Part shown: one piece after another, positions 63,423-64,000 of the stretch
Layout: every line of letters begins with the position of its first letter
How positions within the stretch are numbered: the first letter of the stretch is position 1
Program-made: the position numbers and the translations under genes
Source of the DNA: Vicugna vicugna
Lineage: Eukaryota
DNA: 64,000 bases
Direction of reading: 5' to 3'
NCBI GenBank assembly: GCA_013265495.1
Contig: MU057560.1
Location: 3,596,909 to 3,660,908 of the forward strand
The notes under the pieces: model-generated
Told to the model about the DNA's origin: nothing
What the model saw: the letters and a program-made list of their open reading frames with translations, nothing else
Databases searched by the model: none

Positions 63423-64000
63423 AGCCATATCAGTACAAAGGAAAATCATGTCTTGGAAACGGTGCAGCTGAGCACTTCTGGGAACACTAAAGACCACCTT
63501 TACTAAGTAAAGTTAAAAGAAAATAGAAACTTAGAAAACTTATCTGTTAACTAGATAACCTCAGTGTCAGAGAGAAAGCTTTGTGAAGTACACCACCTGA
63601 CAGGAGCTGTGATCTCGGAGCAAGGACCACCACAGCTCACCATGGCCAGCAGAGCAGTAAGTACCTGCTGATTGAGCCAATGAAAAGCTGGAAGGCAGGA
63701 GAACCTATGGACAGTTCACATGGGTCAGCTTTCCAGGGCACTGACAGAGCGAAGGTGGCTGGGACTGGGTCTGGAGAGCAAGCAGACCTCCAGCACGTTC
63801 AATCACTGCGCTTCTGTGATGGTCACAGTGACCACAAATGATTCTAAGGTAAATACAAATTTGCTTTTTTATTGTATATCACTGCTATGGAGTGTCTGTC
63901 TCGTAGGTATTCCAGCAAGAATTCAGGGCCTGTAAGTTGTATGATTGGTTCTTTCTTGAATGTACACATGAGTAATTTGCCTGACGTTCCTCAGGGCTCA

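Overview
Mammalian genomic DNA, very probably camelid, judged from two tRNA-derived Vic-1-type SINEs and a young L1 family present twice. Bases 1-16.9 kb hold the last six coding exons and 3' UTR of SH3YL1 on the + strand (end of the SYLF/Ysc84 domain, a linker and the C-terminal SH3 domain), all with canonical, phase-consistent GT-AG junctions. The rest is repeat-rich intergenic DNA (L1 of several ages, Tigger, Charlie/MER20, ERV1 and MaLR LTRs, MIR, L2) with a GC-rich minisatellite, an orphan CpG-island promoter at about 48.2-48.8 kb and a near-consensus CTCF site. The most interesting unexplained signals are (i) a chain of about 17 minus-strand acceptor/donor-bounded segments from 58.6 to 22.8 kb that may be a decayed multi-exon gene or spliced lncRNA convergent on SH3YL1, (ii) a degenerate intronic copy of the 57-nt SH3YL1 linker exon, and (iii) several template-switch scars. 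Repeat family names come from recalled consensus sequences, not from a search, and repeat boundaries are approximate unless a TSD is given. No other intact protein-coding gene could be supported.
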